A DNA stretch of 64,000 nucleotides, from contig CBDATQ010000001.1 of NCBI GenBank assembly GCA_965199955.1, forward strand, positions 608,001 through 672,000. The letters are read 5' to 3'. Each line of letters begins with the position of its first letter. Positions within the stretch are counted from its first letter, which is position 1. Shown piece by piece: positions 36,263 through 53,390 of this stretch. The position numbers and the translations under genes are program-made. Below the pieces are notes generated by a model. It worked only from the letters and a program-made list of their open reading frames with translations. It was not told where the DNA came from and did not search any database. The DNA is from Spirochaetia bacterium. GTDB lineage: Bacteria > Spirochaetota > Spirochaetia > SZUA-6 > Bin103.

Positions 36263-39245
36263 GGCGGCGGTTGCCGTGCGGCCGGCGGCGGCGCCGCCGC
36301 GGGAGACGGTACAGGGGGTCGCCGACTTCCTGGCCGAGTTGTCCGGCCGGGTGCGAGGGGAGCTGCGCACCGACACCTATACGCGCATCCTGTACAGCAC
36401 CGACGCCAGCATCTACCAGGTGATGCCGCACGGCGTGCTGATCGCCCGCGACGAGGAGGACGTGCACGCCGCCGTGGAGGCGGCAGCCCGCCACCAAGTG
36501 CCGATCCTGCCCCGTGCGGCAGGCAGCAGCCTTGCCGGCCAGGCGGTCAACGAGGCGCTGGTCATCGACACGTCGCGGTTCCTGGACCGGGTGGTGGAGC
36601 TCGACACCGAGGAGCGCTGGATCCGCCTGCAACCCGGCATCGTGCTGGACGCGCTCAACGGCTACCTGCGCCCGCACGGGCTGCAGTTCGGGCCCGATCC
36701 CGCCTCCAGCAACCGCGCCGCGATGGGCGGCATCGTCGGCAACAACTCCACCGGCTCCCACTCGATCCTGTACGGCATGACCGCCGACCACGTGCTGGGC
36801 ATGCAGGCGATCCTTTCCGACGGCACCCGCTGCCGGTTCGGCCCGCTCGACGCCGACGGTCTGGCCACCCACCAGGCCCGGCCGGGCCTGGAAGGCTCGG
36901 TCTATCGCGGCGTGGCGGCCATCGCCGCCGGCGGGCGCGAGGCGATCCTGGCAAGCACACCGGCGCACTGGCGGCGCTGCGGCGGCTACAACCTGGACCG
37001 GTTCGTGGACGGGGCCAGCTTCACCTACCCGCAGGATCCCCACTTCAACCTGGCCAAGCTGGTGTGCGGCTCCGAAGGCACGCTGGCGGTGATGACCGAG
37101 CTGACCCTCAACCTGGTTCCGATGCCGGCCCACACGGCGCTCGCGGTCGTGCACTTCGATGACCTGTTCAGGGCGCTGTCCTCGGTAGAGACCATCCTGG
37201 AGACCGACCCGTCGGCGGTGGAACTGCTCGACAACTTCGGGCTGACGCTGGCCCGCGAGGTGCCGCAGTACGCGCGGCTGATGACCGGCTTTATCGCAGG
37301 CACCCCGAACTGCGTGCTGATCACCGAGTACTCGGGCGACAACCCGCGGGAGTTGAAGCAGCGCATCGACGCGCTGGGCGATCACCTGCGCCGCCACGGG
37401 GTGCACGCCACGGTGGTGCCGGCGCTCGACCCCGCACTGCAGACCGACGTGTGGACGGTGCGCAAGGTCGGACTCGGCCTGATGATGAGCATCAAGGGCG
37501 ACTACAAGCCGATCCCGTTCATCGAGGACGCGGCGGTGCCGGTCGAGCACCTGGCCGAGTACGTGACCAGCATCGAGCGGTTCTGCAACGACATCGGCAC
37601 CCGCGTGGCCTACTACGCGCACGCCAGTGCCGGCTGCATCCACATCCGGCCGCTGATCAACGCCAAGCTGGCCGCGGAGGTGGACAAGCTGCCGGTCATC
37701 TCCAGCTTCGCGCTGGAGCTGCTCGGCCGCTTCGGCGGCAGCCTGTCCAGCGAGCACGGCGACGGCCGCGCGCGGAGTTGGCAGAACGAGAGTTTCTTCG
37801 GCCCCGACCTGTACCGGCTCTACCAGGAGGTCAAGGGCACCTTCGACCCGCACGGCATCCTGAATCCGGGCAACGTCGTGGACGCGCCGCCGATGACCGA
37901 GTCGCTGCGCTACGGCCAGGAGTACCGCACGCAGCCGCACCGCGAGCACTTGGCCTTCCGTAGCGACCACGGCTTCACGCGCGCCGTGGAGATGTGCAAT
38001 GGCGCCGGCATCTGCCGCAAGCGGACCGAGGGCACCATGTGTCCGAGCTTCATGGCCACGCGCGAGGAGGAACACTCCACGCGCGGGCGGGCCAACGCAC
38101 TGCGGGCCGCGCTGTCCGGCACGCTCCCGCACGACGAGCTCACCAGCGAGCGCATGTTCGAGGTGATGGACCTCTGCATCGAGTGCAAGGCCTGCAAGGC
38201 CGAGTGTCCGTCGTCGGTCGACATGGCCAAGATCAAGATCGAGTTCCTGGCCACCTACTACGACCGGCACCGGCTGCCGCTGCGCTCCCGGCTGTTCGCG
38301 GACATCGGCCGCGCCAGCCGGCTGCTGGCAGGGCCGCTCGCCGGCGCCGTCAACCGGCTGGTGGCGCCGGCGCCGGTCAGGCGCCTCCTCGAGCGGTTCG
38401 CCGGCATCAGCGCTCAGCGCACCCTGCCGGCGTTCAGCGGCAGTCCCTTCCCCGCTTGGGCTCGCCGCCGCGGGCTCGACCGCGTGCCGTCCGGGCGCGC
38501 GGTGGCGCTGTTTCCGGACACCTTCAACAGCTTCAACACGCCGGAGGTGGCGCGCGCCGCCACCGAGGTGCTGGAACACGCCGGCTTCGCGGTGACCGTG
38601 CCCGAGTACGGCTGCTGCGGCCGGCCCATGCTCTCCAAGGGGTTGGTACGCCGCGCGCGGCATGCCGCCCGCGCCACCATCGCGCGGCTGGCGCCGCTGG
38701 CCCGCGCCGGCGTGCCGATCGTCGGGCTGGAGCCGAGTTGCGTGTCGGCCATTCGCGACGAGTACCGGTCGCTGCTGCCCGACGAAGAGGACGCTGCGCT
38801 GGTCGCCGAGCATGTGGAGACCTTCGAGGAGCTGGTCGCGCGGGCGCACGCGGACGGCGAGCTCGACCTCGACCTGAACGGCCACCACGAGGGGTTGCTG
38901 CTGCACGGTCACTGTCACCAGAAGGCGCTGATCGGCACCGGTCCCAGCAAGAGCACGCTGGGCCTCACCGGCGCGGAGGTCACCGAGGTGGATTCCGGCT
39001 GCTGCGGCATGGCCGGCTCCTTCGGCTACGAGGCCGAGCACTACGACGTGTCGATGACGATGGCCGAGCGGCGCCTGCTGCCGGCCGTGCGGTCGCTCGA
39101 CGGCGGCGCCACGGTGGTCGCAGCCGGCACCAGTTGCCGGCACCAGATCATGCACGGCACCGGACGCCGCGCGCTGCACCCCGCCGAGGTGCTGCACGCC
39201 GCGCTGCGCGGCAACAACGACTCCCACGGCTCGAACGGAGGCTGA
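36255..39245 (+). CDS. FAD-binding / Fe-S oxidoreductase (YdiJ / D-2-hydroxyacid dehydrogenase-like)
   Basis: YSTDASIY, GSEGTL, SEHGDG, CNGAGIC, CIECKACKAECP, CCG domains. Confidence 0.9.
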   Translation: MAEAAVAVRPAAAPPRETVQGVADFLAELSGRVRGELRTDTYTRILYSTDASIYQVMPHGVLIARDEEDVHAAVEAAARHQVPILPRAAGSSLAGQAVNEALVIDTSRFLDRVVELDTEERWIRLQPGIVLDALNGYLRPHGLQFGPDPASSNRAAMGGIVGNNSTGSHSILYGMTADHVLGMQAILSDGTRCRFGPLDADGLATHQARPGLEGSVYRGVAAIAAGGREAILASTPAHWRRCGGYNLDRFVDGASFTYPQDPHFNLAKLVCGSEGTLAVMTELTLNLVPMPAHTALAVVHFDDLFRALSSVETILETDPSAVELLDNFGLTLAREVPQYARLMTGFIAGTPNCVLITEYSGDNPRELKQRIDALGDHLRRHGVHATVVPALDPALQTDVWTVRKVGLGLMMSIKGDYKPIPFIEDAAVPVEHLAEYVTSIERFCNDIGTRVAYYAHASAGCIHIRPLINAKLAAEVDKLPVISSFALELLGRFGGSLSSEHGDGRARSWQNESFFGPDLYRLYQEVKGTFDPHGILNPGNVVDAPPMTESLRYGQEYRTQPHREHLAFRSDHGFTRAVEMCNGAGICRKRTEGTMCPSFMATREEEHSTRGRANALRAALSGTLPHDELTSERMFEVMDLCIECKACKAECPSSVDMAKIKIEFLATYYDRHRLPLRSRLFADIGRASRLLAGPLAGAVNRLVAPAPVRRLLERFAGISAQRTLPAFSGSPFPAWARRRGLDRVPSGRAVALFPDTFNSFNTPEVARAATEVLEHAGFAVTVPEYGCCGRPMLSKGLVRRARHAARATIARLAPLARAGVPIVGLEPSCVSAIRDEYRSLLPDEEDAALVAEHVETFEELVARAHADGELDLDLNGHHEGLLLHGHCHQKALIGTGPSKSTLGLTGAEVTEVDSGCCGMAGSFGYEAEHYDVSMTMAERRLLPAVRSLDGGATVVAAGTSCRHQIMHGTGRRALHPAEVLHAALRGNNDSHGSNGG

Positions 39246-39251
39246 TCACGG

Positions 39252-41972
<2,721 letters not shown>

Positions 41973-42017
41973 CCGCCCAGTACGAGCGCTGCGGCAGCCG
42001 GTGCCGAAATCGCGCGG

Positions 42018-42053
42018 TTGACATCCTTCGTAGTTAGCTATGACGTTAGCTAA
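42018..42053 (+). promoter_or_regulatory. TA promoter with tandem operator sites
   Basis: TTGACA at 42018; GTTAGCTA at 42033 and 42045 (palindromic TAGCTA core). Confidence 0.55.
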
Positions 42054-42054
42054 T

Positions 42055-42300
42055 ATGGACGAGTTGCAGGTGATGGTGAACGTCCATCAGGCCAAGTCGC
42101 AGCTCTCGCGCCTGCTGGCGCGGGCGGAGGCGGGCGAGGACGTGGTGATCGCTCGCAACGGCGACCCGGTCGCGCGGCTGGTCAGCGTCAGAGGCACGCG
42201 CGGCACACGCCGATTCGGGGCTTTGAAGGACCACGTCGTCGTGGACGACAGCTTCTTCGAACCCCTTCCGGAGAGCGAACTGGCCCGCTGGGAATCGTGA
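42055..42300 (+). CDS. Phd/YefM family antitoxin
   Basis: VNVHQAKSQLSRLL..AEAGEDVVIARNG.PVARLV; start uncertain (42040-42073). Confidence 0.9.
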   Translation: MDELQVMVNVHQAKSQLSRLLARAEAGEDVVIARNGDPVARLVSVRGTRGTRRFGALKDHVVVDDSFFEPLPESELARWES

Positions 42301-42303
42301 CCC

Positions 42304-42690
42304 GTGAGGATGTTGCTGGATACGCACGCCCTGCTGTGGTGGCTTGCCGGTAACGAACGGCTGTCCCCAGCGGCGCGCGGGGCGATCGCCGACCATGCCA
42401 ACGACGTACTGGTCAGCGCGGCGTCCGCCTGGGAGATCGCTACCAAGTACCGGCTGGGGCGCCTTCCTGGCGCGGCGGCCGTCGCCGAGGATGTCACCGG
42501 CTGCCTCCTGGACCAGGGCTTCCAGCCGCTCGCGATCACCGTGGCCGACGGCGAGCGTGCCGGGCGTTTGCCGGGTCCGGTCCGCGATCCCTTCGACCGG
42601 ATGCTGATCGCGCAGGCCCTGACGCTGGACATCGCCCTGATTTCGGTCGAGCGGCCGTTCGACCGGTACGGCGTCCGTCGCCTATGGTGA
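42304..42690 (+). CDS. vapC: VapC PIN-domain toxin
   Basis: LLDTHALLW, SAASAWEIATK, DPFDRMLIAQA. Confidence 0.9.
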   Translation: MRMLLDTHALLWWLAGNERLSPAARGAIADHANDVLVSAASAWEIATKYRLGRLPGAAAVAEDVTGCLLDQGFQPLAITVADGERAGRLPGPVRDPFDRMLIAQALTLDIALISVERPFDRYGVRRLW

Positions 42691-42694
42691 GCAT

Positions 42695-44272
42695 GTGACC
42701 GGCACCTCATCCCTTCCGTCGACATCCCTGCCCTCGACATTCGGCCAGCTCAAGGCATCCGGCTACCGGCAGCGCTCGGTCAAGGAGGAGCTGCGCGCCA
42801 ACCTGCTCGCCCGCCTGCACGCGGACCAGCCGCTGTTTCCGGGCATTATCGGCTACGACAAGACCGTGCTGCCCGGGATCGTCAACGCGATCCTGTCGCG
42901 GCACGACTTCATCCTGCTCGGCCTGCGCGGCCAGGCCAAGTCGCGCATCCTGCGCGCGCTGGCCGGTTTCCTGGACGAGTACGCGCCCGTGATCGCCGGC
43001 AGCGACCTCAACGAGAGCCCGTTCGAGCCGATCCTGGCCGCCTCCCGGCAGCGCGTGCGGGAGCTCGGCGACGACCTGCCGATCGACTGGATGCACCGCG
43101 ACGAGCGCTACCACGAGAAGCTCGCCACCCCCGACGTCACCGTGGCCGACCTGGTCGGCGACATCGACCCGATCAAGGCGGCCACCAAGCGGCTCTCCTA
43201 CGCCGACGAGGGCGTCATCCACTACGGGATCGTCCCGCGCACCAACCGCGGCATCTTCGCCATCAACGAGCTGCCCGACTTGGCGCCGCGCATCCAGGTG
43301 GCGCTGCTCAACGTGCTGGAGGAGGAGGACATCCAGATCCGCGGGTTCCCGATCCGCATCCCCCTGGACATCCAGCTCGTCTTCTCCGCCAATCCCGAGG
43401 ACTACACCAACCGCGGCAACATCATCACGCCGCTCAAGGACCGCATCGACTCGCAGATCATCACCCACTACCCGGATCGCATGGAGCACGCCATGGCGAT
43501 CACGGCGCAGGAGGCGTGGACGGACCGCGACGCCGACTACGAGCTGCGCGTGCCGCGCTATTTCAAGGAGTTGATCGAGGAGGTCACCTTCGAGGCTCGC
43601 AAGAGCGAGTTCGTGGACCAGAAGTCCGGCGTGTCGGCGCGCATGCCGATCGCGTTGCTGGAGAACGTGCTCAGCAACATGGAGCGGCGCGCCGCCCGCC
43701 TGGGCGAGCCGGTGATCTACCCGCGACTGACCGACCTGCACACGGCGCTGACCGCCATGACCGGCAAGATGGAGTTGGTCTACGAGGGCGAGCAGGAGGG
43801 CCCGGTGCTGGTGGCCCGCAAGATCATCGGCCAAGCGGTCAAGCGCACCTTCCGCCGCTACCTGCCGACGCCGGACGTGCGCTCGCGCGATGGCGGCGAG
43901 CGCGGCGGTGAGCGGCGCGCCGGGCGATCGGGGCAGGCAGAGCGCGCGGAGCGGCCGGAAGCGGACGAGACCGACTCCGTCTATCAACCTATCGTGAGCT
44001 GGTTCGCGGAGGGGCAGACCGTGGACACCTCGGACGATCTGGCCACCGAGGAGTACATCCGCCGATTCGGGCGGGTGGCCGGCCTGCGCGACATGGCCGC
44101 CGAGCGCTTCCGCATCGACGAGCCGGAGGAGTTGGGGCTTGGGATGGAGCTGGTGCTGGAGGGCCTGCACCAGCACTCCATGCTGTCCAAGCGCGACCTG
44201 GAGAGCTCGACCTCCTACCGGGACATGCTCAAGGCGATGTTCGACCAGATGACCGACGACGACACCGCCTGA
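42695..44272 (+). CDS. Magnesium chelatase-like AAA+ ATPase
   Basis: GLRGQAKS, EKLATPD, NELPDL, ANPEDYTNRG; paired with VWA gene. Confidence 0.85.
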   Translation: MTGTSSLPSTSLPSTFGQLKASGYRQRSVKEELRANLLARLHADQPLFPGIIGYDKTVLPGIVNAILSRHDFILLGLRGQAKSRILRALAGFLDEYAPVIAGSDLNESPFEPILAASRQRVRELGDDLPIDWMHRDERYHEKLATPDVTVADLVGDIDPIKAATKRLSYADEGVIHYGIVPRTNRGIFAINELPDLAPRIQVALLNVLEEEDIQIRGFPIRIPLDIQLVFSANPEDYTNRGNIITPLKDRIDSQIITHYPDRMEHAMAITAQEAWTDRDADYELRVPRYFKELIEEVTFEARKSEFVDQKSGVSARMPIALLENVLSNMERRAARLGEPVIYPRLTDLHTALTAMTGKMELVYEGEQEGPVLVARKIIGQAVKRTFRRYLPTPDVRSRDGGERGGERRAGRSGQAERAERPEADETDSVYQPIVSWFAEGQTVDTSDDLATEEYIRRFGRVAGLRDMAAERFRIDEPEELGLGMELVLEGLHQHSMLSKRDLESSTSYRDMLKAMFDQMTDDDTA

Positions 44273-44282
44273 GGCGGGCTCC

Positions 44283-45374
44283 ATGCACTGGCGCTACCTG
44301 AAGTGGGACGACTCGCTGGCCGCGGCGGTGGCGGCCTTCGAGGACCTGCTCAGCCTGTTCAACTTCCTGCTGCTGCAGGCGTCCGGCGACGTCGACCGGG
44401 TCCTGCAGTGGATGCGCTACCTGCAGGAGCGCGGCATGATCGACGCGGACGTCGACCTGGAGGAGTTCCGCGACCGCCTGGAGGACGAGAACCTGATCGA
44501 GCGCGACGGCGAAGGCGGCTACAGCCTGACCGCGCGCGGCGAGCAGCGCATCCGCAAGGAGTCGCTGGCGCTGGTCTTCCGCAACCTGGCCAAGGGCGGC
44601 TTCGGCCAGCACCGCGTGCCGCACACCGGCGAGGGCGGCGAGCGCACGACCGAGACGCGCGGCTACCGTGCCGGCGACCCGATCACCCAGATCGACGCGC
44701 TGGGCACCATCAGCAACGCCGTCAAGCGCGGCGGGCTGGACGACATCACCCTGCAGGAGCAGGACTTCGAGGTGTACGAGAGCGAGCACCAGTCGTCGTG
44801 CGCGACCGTGCTGCTGATCGACATCAGCCACAGCATGATCCTGTACGGCGAGGACCGGATCACCCCGGCCAAGCAGGTGGCGCTGGCGCTGTCCGAGCTG
44901 ATCATGACGCAATACCCGCGCGACAGCCTCCACGTCGCCTACTTCGGCGACGACGCCAAGCTGATTGACGTGGGCAGCATCCCCTACCTGCGGGTCGGGC
45001 CCTACCACACCAACACCAAGGCCGGGCTGCAGCTCGCGCAGTCGGTGCTGCGCGCCGAGCGGCACGCCAACAAGCAGGTCTTCATGATCACCGACGGAAA
45101 GCCGTCGGCCATATTCGAGGACGGACGGATCTACAAGAACTCCTTCGGGCTCGACCCCAAGATCGTCAACCAGACGCTGGACGAGGCGGCCGAGTGCAAG
45201 CGCTACGGGATCGTCATCACCACCTTCATGGTGACCGAGGACCCGTACCTGGTGGAGTTCGTCGAGGAGCTGTCGCAGATCAACCGCGGGCGCGCCTACT
45301 ACGCGGCGCCCGGTGAACTGGGTGAATATATCTTCGCCGACTACGTGCGGAACCGCCGCCGGGGCGTGCGGTAA
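44283..45374 (+). CDS. VWA-domain protein
   Basis: MIDAS DISHS...T...TDG. Confidence 0.88.
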   Translation: MHWRYLKWDDSLAAAVAAFEDLLSLFNFLLLQASGDVDRVLQWMRYLQERGMIDADVDLEEFRDRLEDENLIERDGEGGYSLTARGEQRIRKESLALVFRNLAKGGFGQHRVPHTGEGGERTTETRGYRAGDPITQIDALGTISNAVKRGGLDDITLQEQDFEVYESEHQSSCATVLLIDISHSMILYGEDRITPAKQVALALSELIMTQYPRDSLHVAYFGDDAKLIDVGSIPYLRVGPYHTNTKAGLQLAQSVLRAERHANKQVFMITDGKPSAIFEDGRIYKNSFGLDPKIVNQTLDEAAECKRYGIVITTFMVTEDPYLVEFVEELSQINRGRAYYAAPGELGEYIFADYVRNRRRGVR

Positions 45375-45396
45375 CGCAACCCTACAGGAGGACACG

Positions 45397-45819
45397 ATGG
45401 GAGTTCGAAAGGCACAGGCGGAATGGAAGGGCGATCTCAAGGGCGGCAGCGGCACCATGTCGATCGGCGGCCGTTTCGAGCAGCCGTTCACGTTCAGCTC
45501 ACGGTTCGAGGAAGGCGCGGGCAGCAACCCGGAGGAGCTCTTGGCAGCGGCGCACGCCGGCTGCTACTCGATGGCGCTGTCGCACGGCTTGGCCGAGGCC
45601 GGCCACACCCCGACCCGCGTCAGCACTACCGCGGACGTCTCCCTGGAGATGACCGACGGCGGCCCCACCATCACCACCATAGCGCTGGTGTGCGACGCGG
45701 AGGTGCCGGGCATCGACGACGCGAAGTTCCAGGAGATCGCGGAGGCCACCAAGAGCGGCTGCCCGGTCTCCCGCGCGCTGGCCGGCCCGGAGATCACCCT
45801 GCAGGCGACGCTCGGGTAG
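45397..45819 (+). CDS. osmC: OsmC family peroxiredoxin
   Basis: SRFE..GSNPEELLAAAHAGCYSMALS...CPVSRAL. Confidence 0.92.
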   Translation: MGVRKAQAEWKGDLKGGSGTMSIGGRFEQPFTFSSRFEEGAGSNPEELLAAAHAGCYSMALSHGLAEAGHTPTRVSTTADVSLEMTDGGPTITTIALVCDAEVPGIDDAKFQEIAEATKSGCPVSRALAGPEITLQATLG

Positions 45820-45867
45820 CGCCGTTCGTCGGGCGCGCTCAGTTGGTGGGGTAAGCTGAGCGCAATC

Positions 45868-46218
45868 ATGCCCCGGCAGACCTACCGGCAGCGCATCGTC
45901 GAGCGACACCGGCGTCGCGACCGGCAGCTTGAGGCTGACATGCGGCGCGAAGCGGAGCGGTTGGCGCGGCTGGCCGGTGAGCGGTACCGGTTCCGCCGAC
46001 TCTATCTGTTCGGGTCGGTGGCTCGCAGCGCGCGTCTTGCGGTGTGGTCGGACATCGATCTGGCAGTCGAGGGCTTGGCGCCCGAGGATTATTGGCCGCT
46101 CGTCGGGTTGCTGACCGCCGACGCGAAGTACCCTCTGGACGTGAAGGTCCTGGAGGACCTGCCGGCGGCATCGCGGAACGAGATCAGAGCGTTTGGCGTG
46201 GTGCTCCATGAGGCGTGA
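45868..46218 (+). CDS. Minimal nucleotidyltransferase (MNT) antitoxin
   Basis: LFGSVA-x7-SDIDLAV. Confidence 0.88.
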   Translation: MPRQTYRQRIVERHRRRDRQLEADMRREAERLARLAGERYRFRRLYLFGSVARSARLAVWSDIDLAVEGLAPEDYWPLVGLLTADAKYPLDVKVLEDLPAASRNEIRAFGVVLHEA

Positions 46219-46687
46219 CGACCCGCTCGATGAGGTAGCGACGGCGATCCGCCGCGAGCTTGCGAACTGCGCGGCCCTGCGCGCGGAGGCACGCGCCGAG
46301 CGGCGCAAGCCGGAGCGGAATCCGCGCGTGCTCGGCTCGATCACGCACGACTTCTACAACTGCTGCGAACGGGTGTTCCGCCGGATCGGCGCGGAGATCA
46401 ACGGGGCCTCCTATCGCGGTGAGGCATGGCACAAGGAGCTGCTGTTCCGCATGACCGTGGCGGTGCCCGGCGTCCGGCCTCGGGTCATCAGCGAGGAGCT
46501 CGCCGCGGAACTGGACGAATACCTCTCGTTCCGGCACGTGTTCCGCAACATCTATGGATTCGAGCTCAAGGGAGACCGGCTCGCCCGGCTCAGCGAGAGG
46601 CTGGACGGCGTCGCAGGGCGATTCGAGGCCGAGATCGAGACGTTTCTGGCATCTCTGGATGACGTAGCCGAAGACGCCGCCGATTGA
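46208..46687 (+). CDS. HEPN-domain (HepT-like) toxin
   Basis: HDFYNCCERVF, WHKELL, FRHVFRNIYGFEL; overlaps MNT gene. Confidence 0.85.
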   Translation: MRRDDPLDEVATAIRRELANCAALRAEARAERRKPERNPRVLGSITHDFYNCCERVFRRIGAEINGASYRGEAWHKELLFRMTVAVPGVRPRVISEELAAELDEYLSFRHVFRNIYGFELKGDRLARLSERLDGVAGRFEAEIETFLASLDDVAEDAAD

Positions 46688-46795
46688 CCGCATCGCGCGG
46701 CCCGGCGTATCGCTCGCTCCCATGCACGCAGGATCTGCTCAAACAGGCGTCTATTTCGTCATATCCCGTGGTATGGTTAGCCGTTCATAGATCAA

Positions 46796-47293
46796 ATGGA
46801 ACGATTCGTTGAGGGGGCTCTGCGCCGCTGGCTCGCTCGCCGCCGGCGCAAGCCGCTGGTCCTGCGCGGGGTTCGTCAGGTCCGGTTGGTGAACGAAGGC
46901 GGCATCGCCGAGCAGCACGTCGGGCAGCAGTTGGCGACGCTCGGAGCAGGGGAGGCCGCGCCGGAACTCCACTACTGGTTGCGTCACGCCAGGGCGGGAA
47001 ACGCCGAGGTGGACTACGTGACCTCACGGGGAGACTGGATCATTCCGGTCGAGGTGAAGGCTGACCGTAGCGGGTCGCTGAAGTCGCTGTTGCAGTACGC
47101 CCACGAGAAGCGCCCGCCGATCGCGGTCCGCTTCGACACCAACCCGCCGAGCCTGCAGACCGTGCGGCATGCCATCTTCATCATCGATGCGCGGCCGCCC
47201 CACTTGCCGATAGTTGCGCCGGTTCCGGCGCCGGCGTTGCCCTGTGCCGCCGGCGGCAGCGGCAGCGGGCGCTTCGCCCGACACGCGGCGTAG
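46796..47293 (+). pseudogene. AAA-DUF4143 ATPase with large in-frame internal deletion
   Basis: RKPLVLRGVRQV breaks off inside Walker A and joins the C-terminal EQHVGQQL...YW...AEVDY...PVEVK. Confidence 0.8.
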
Positions 47294-47519
47294 CCTATCT
47301 CCGCGCGCAGGATTCGCGCCTCGGTGCGCCTGACGGCCGCGGGGCGCAGATCCTCCGCGGCGGGGTCCGCGGCCGCCAGGCGCGGCAGCCATCGCCTCCC
47401 GCTGAGTGTTGTCGCGGACTTTCCGTTCCATTCTGCCGGGCTTCACCTTCGGTTCACGCTGCGGACCCCATATTCGTTCCGAATCACAGTCGCCGGAAGG
47501 CGACGGAGGAGGAGCGAAG

Positions 47520-47900
47520 ATGAAACGCTCAAAGGTTTTCGCAATCGCCCTGGTGGCGATCATCGGTGCGGCGGCCGTCGGATCGGCCGTGGAGGTCGTC
47601 GGCGAGACGGAGCATGGGACACAGCTTGCGCCCACGCATCAGATTCTCGACTTGCTCGCGGAGCAGGGGTTCGATGTCGACCGGCTCGACAGCGAACAGG
47701 CCCAGGACCTGATGAACGAGCTGACGCGGGACGAGGAGGTCTATCCGGACCTGAAGGCTCTCATCCACGGCGAGCTCTGGCGCGGTCTCGGTGCCGGTGT
47801 CGGAACGCTCAGCTATGCAGGCGAAGACGAAACCGAGGCCGACGCCGTCTACATGGACATCGCCGGCTTCATGTGGCGCCTGTACCTCTCGGAGGAGTGA
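47520..47900 (+). CDS. Hypothetical exported acidic protein
   Basis: GGAGGAGG RBS; MKRSK followed by a hydrophobic signal-like segment. Confidence 0.7.
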   Translation: MKRSKVFAIALVAIIGAAAVGSAVEVVGETEHGTQLAPTHQILDLLAEQGFDVDRLDSEQAQDLMNELTRDEEVYPDLKALIHGELWRGLGAGVGTLSYAGEDETEADAVYMDIAGFMWRLYLSEE

Positions 47901-48253
47901 CCGTGCGCGCTGCAGACGGAGGGAGCCGCAGGTAGCACTACCTGAAGCCCCCTCCTGAAGGTCAGCCGAGGTTCCGGTCCCGAAAGCGGCAAGCCCACGG
48001 ACCGGGGCCTCGATCCGGCCGTGATCGTACCACGGCGGCGGAGCGGCTTCGGAGTTGTCCCGCACAACATCATGGGCGAAGGTCTCTCTCAGCCCGTTCA
48101 CCGCGATTGATCAGCCCACTGCGCGGGCTCACGGAGAACCCCGCATTGCGGAGCGTGATCAGTACGTCGCCCAAGTGTAGGTCGTCCAAGACCAAACCTC
48201 TCTGGATCGCTGTTCTGAGAATGTTGGCGTAGACGACACTGGGACTCGGATCT

Positions 48254-48652
48254 TTGGTGTCCGACAGTTCCCCGATGGCCTCACGTACCATCGCATTACA
48301 TGCCATAGCCGGCTTCGATCGCCAGACGCCGACCGCCACCGTCAAGCGCTTGGTGGACGACCTTGCTTCTGGCGGAGACCGTCGCCGTGCGGCGGCTTCG
48401 TCGGCTCTCGTCGCCATCGGCTCCGATGAGGTGATCACGACGCTGGCTGCCGCGGCACGCACCGCGCCGGATGACTGGCTTCTCGCCACCCTCGGGCGCA
48501 TGCCGCCGACTCGCGTCCGTTGGCTCCTTGCTGATGACAGCCTGCTGACGCGCATCTCACCCATGCTTCTTACCGCCGACGGCGCGAATTGGCTCGCGAC
48601 CGAGGAGAAGCGGGCGGACCTCGGTTTTCTGTTGGCGCAGGACCTCGCCTGA
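48254..48652 (+). pseudogene. C-terminal fragment of HEAT-repeat-like helical protein
   Basis: Amphipathic repeats (RRRAAASSALVAIG, WLLATLGR); no convincing start/RBS; atypical codon usage. Confidence 0.45.
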
Positions 48653-48690
48653 GCCCGGCGCGCCCGCCTCATGCTACGGTCCTGATCCAC

Positions 48691-50449
<1,759 letters not shown>

Positions 50450-50457
<8 letters not shown>

Positions 50458-51031
50458 GTACAGCGACACCCGCCAGGAGTTCTGGCGGTCGCAGTTCGAG
50501 GCGGCCAAGCCGATGGGTCGGTACCTTGCCGACGGAAAGGACACGCACCGCGCAAAATGGGAAGCGATGGCCGGGCGCATCGCCCTGGGCGAGGAGCAAC
50601 GGCAGCGCGCCGCGAGCTTCGTCCGTACCATGCCCGCGCTCTGCCTGAGCGGCATCTGGTGCGGGGACTGCGTGCGCCAGGGGCCGATCCTGGAGGCGAT
50701 CGCCGCAGCCTCGGCCGGGGTCGACCTGCGCTTCGTCGAGCGGGTCGAGGACGAGCTGGCCGAGGAGTTGCGCATCAACGGCGCGCTCAAGGTGCCGGTC
50801 GTGGTCCTGTTGTCGGAGGACTTCTACGAGCTGGCGCGCATCGGCGACCGCATGCTCAGCACCTACCGCACGAAGGCGCTGCGCGAGCTCGGGCCGACCT
50901 GCGAGGTGGGCCTGGTGCCGCCGGCCGCGGAAGAGTTGGCGGTCGAGATCGACGAGTGGCTGGACGGGTTCGAGCGGGCGCAGTGGATCCTGCGCTTGTC
51001 GCCACTCCTGCGCCAGCGCTACGGGGACTGA
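50450..51031 (+). CDS. Thioredoxin-family protein
   Basis: WCGDC motif and cis-Pro VP. Confidence 0.85.
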
Positions 51032-51044
51032 TCCCGGCGGGAGC

Positions 51045-53225
<2,181 letters not shown>

Positions 53226-53390
53226 TATCCTCCTTGGTCGAGAGAGACGGTGGTGCCATGAGCGAGCTGGTGGACCCGACGCTGGCGTCCGAGCTGGCCA
53301 AGGTGAAAGGCTTGGCGACCGCCGGGCTGGAACGCTACCGGGAAGCCGTGCGGAGCTGTCTGCGCTGAACCGGCGCCGGCCTGCGCGGGC

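Noticed and set aside
23752..39227. Very long antisense or alternate-frame ORFs (e.g. 23752-26586, 36099-39227)
   Set aside because: Shadow ORFs of high-GC genes with Arg/Ala/Gly-rich composition and no motifs
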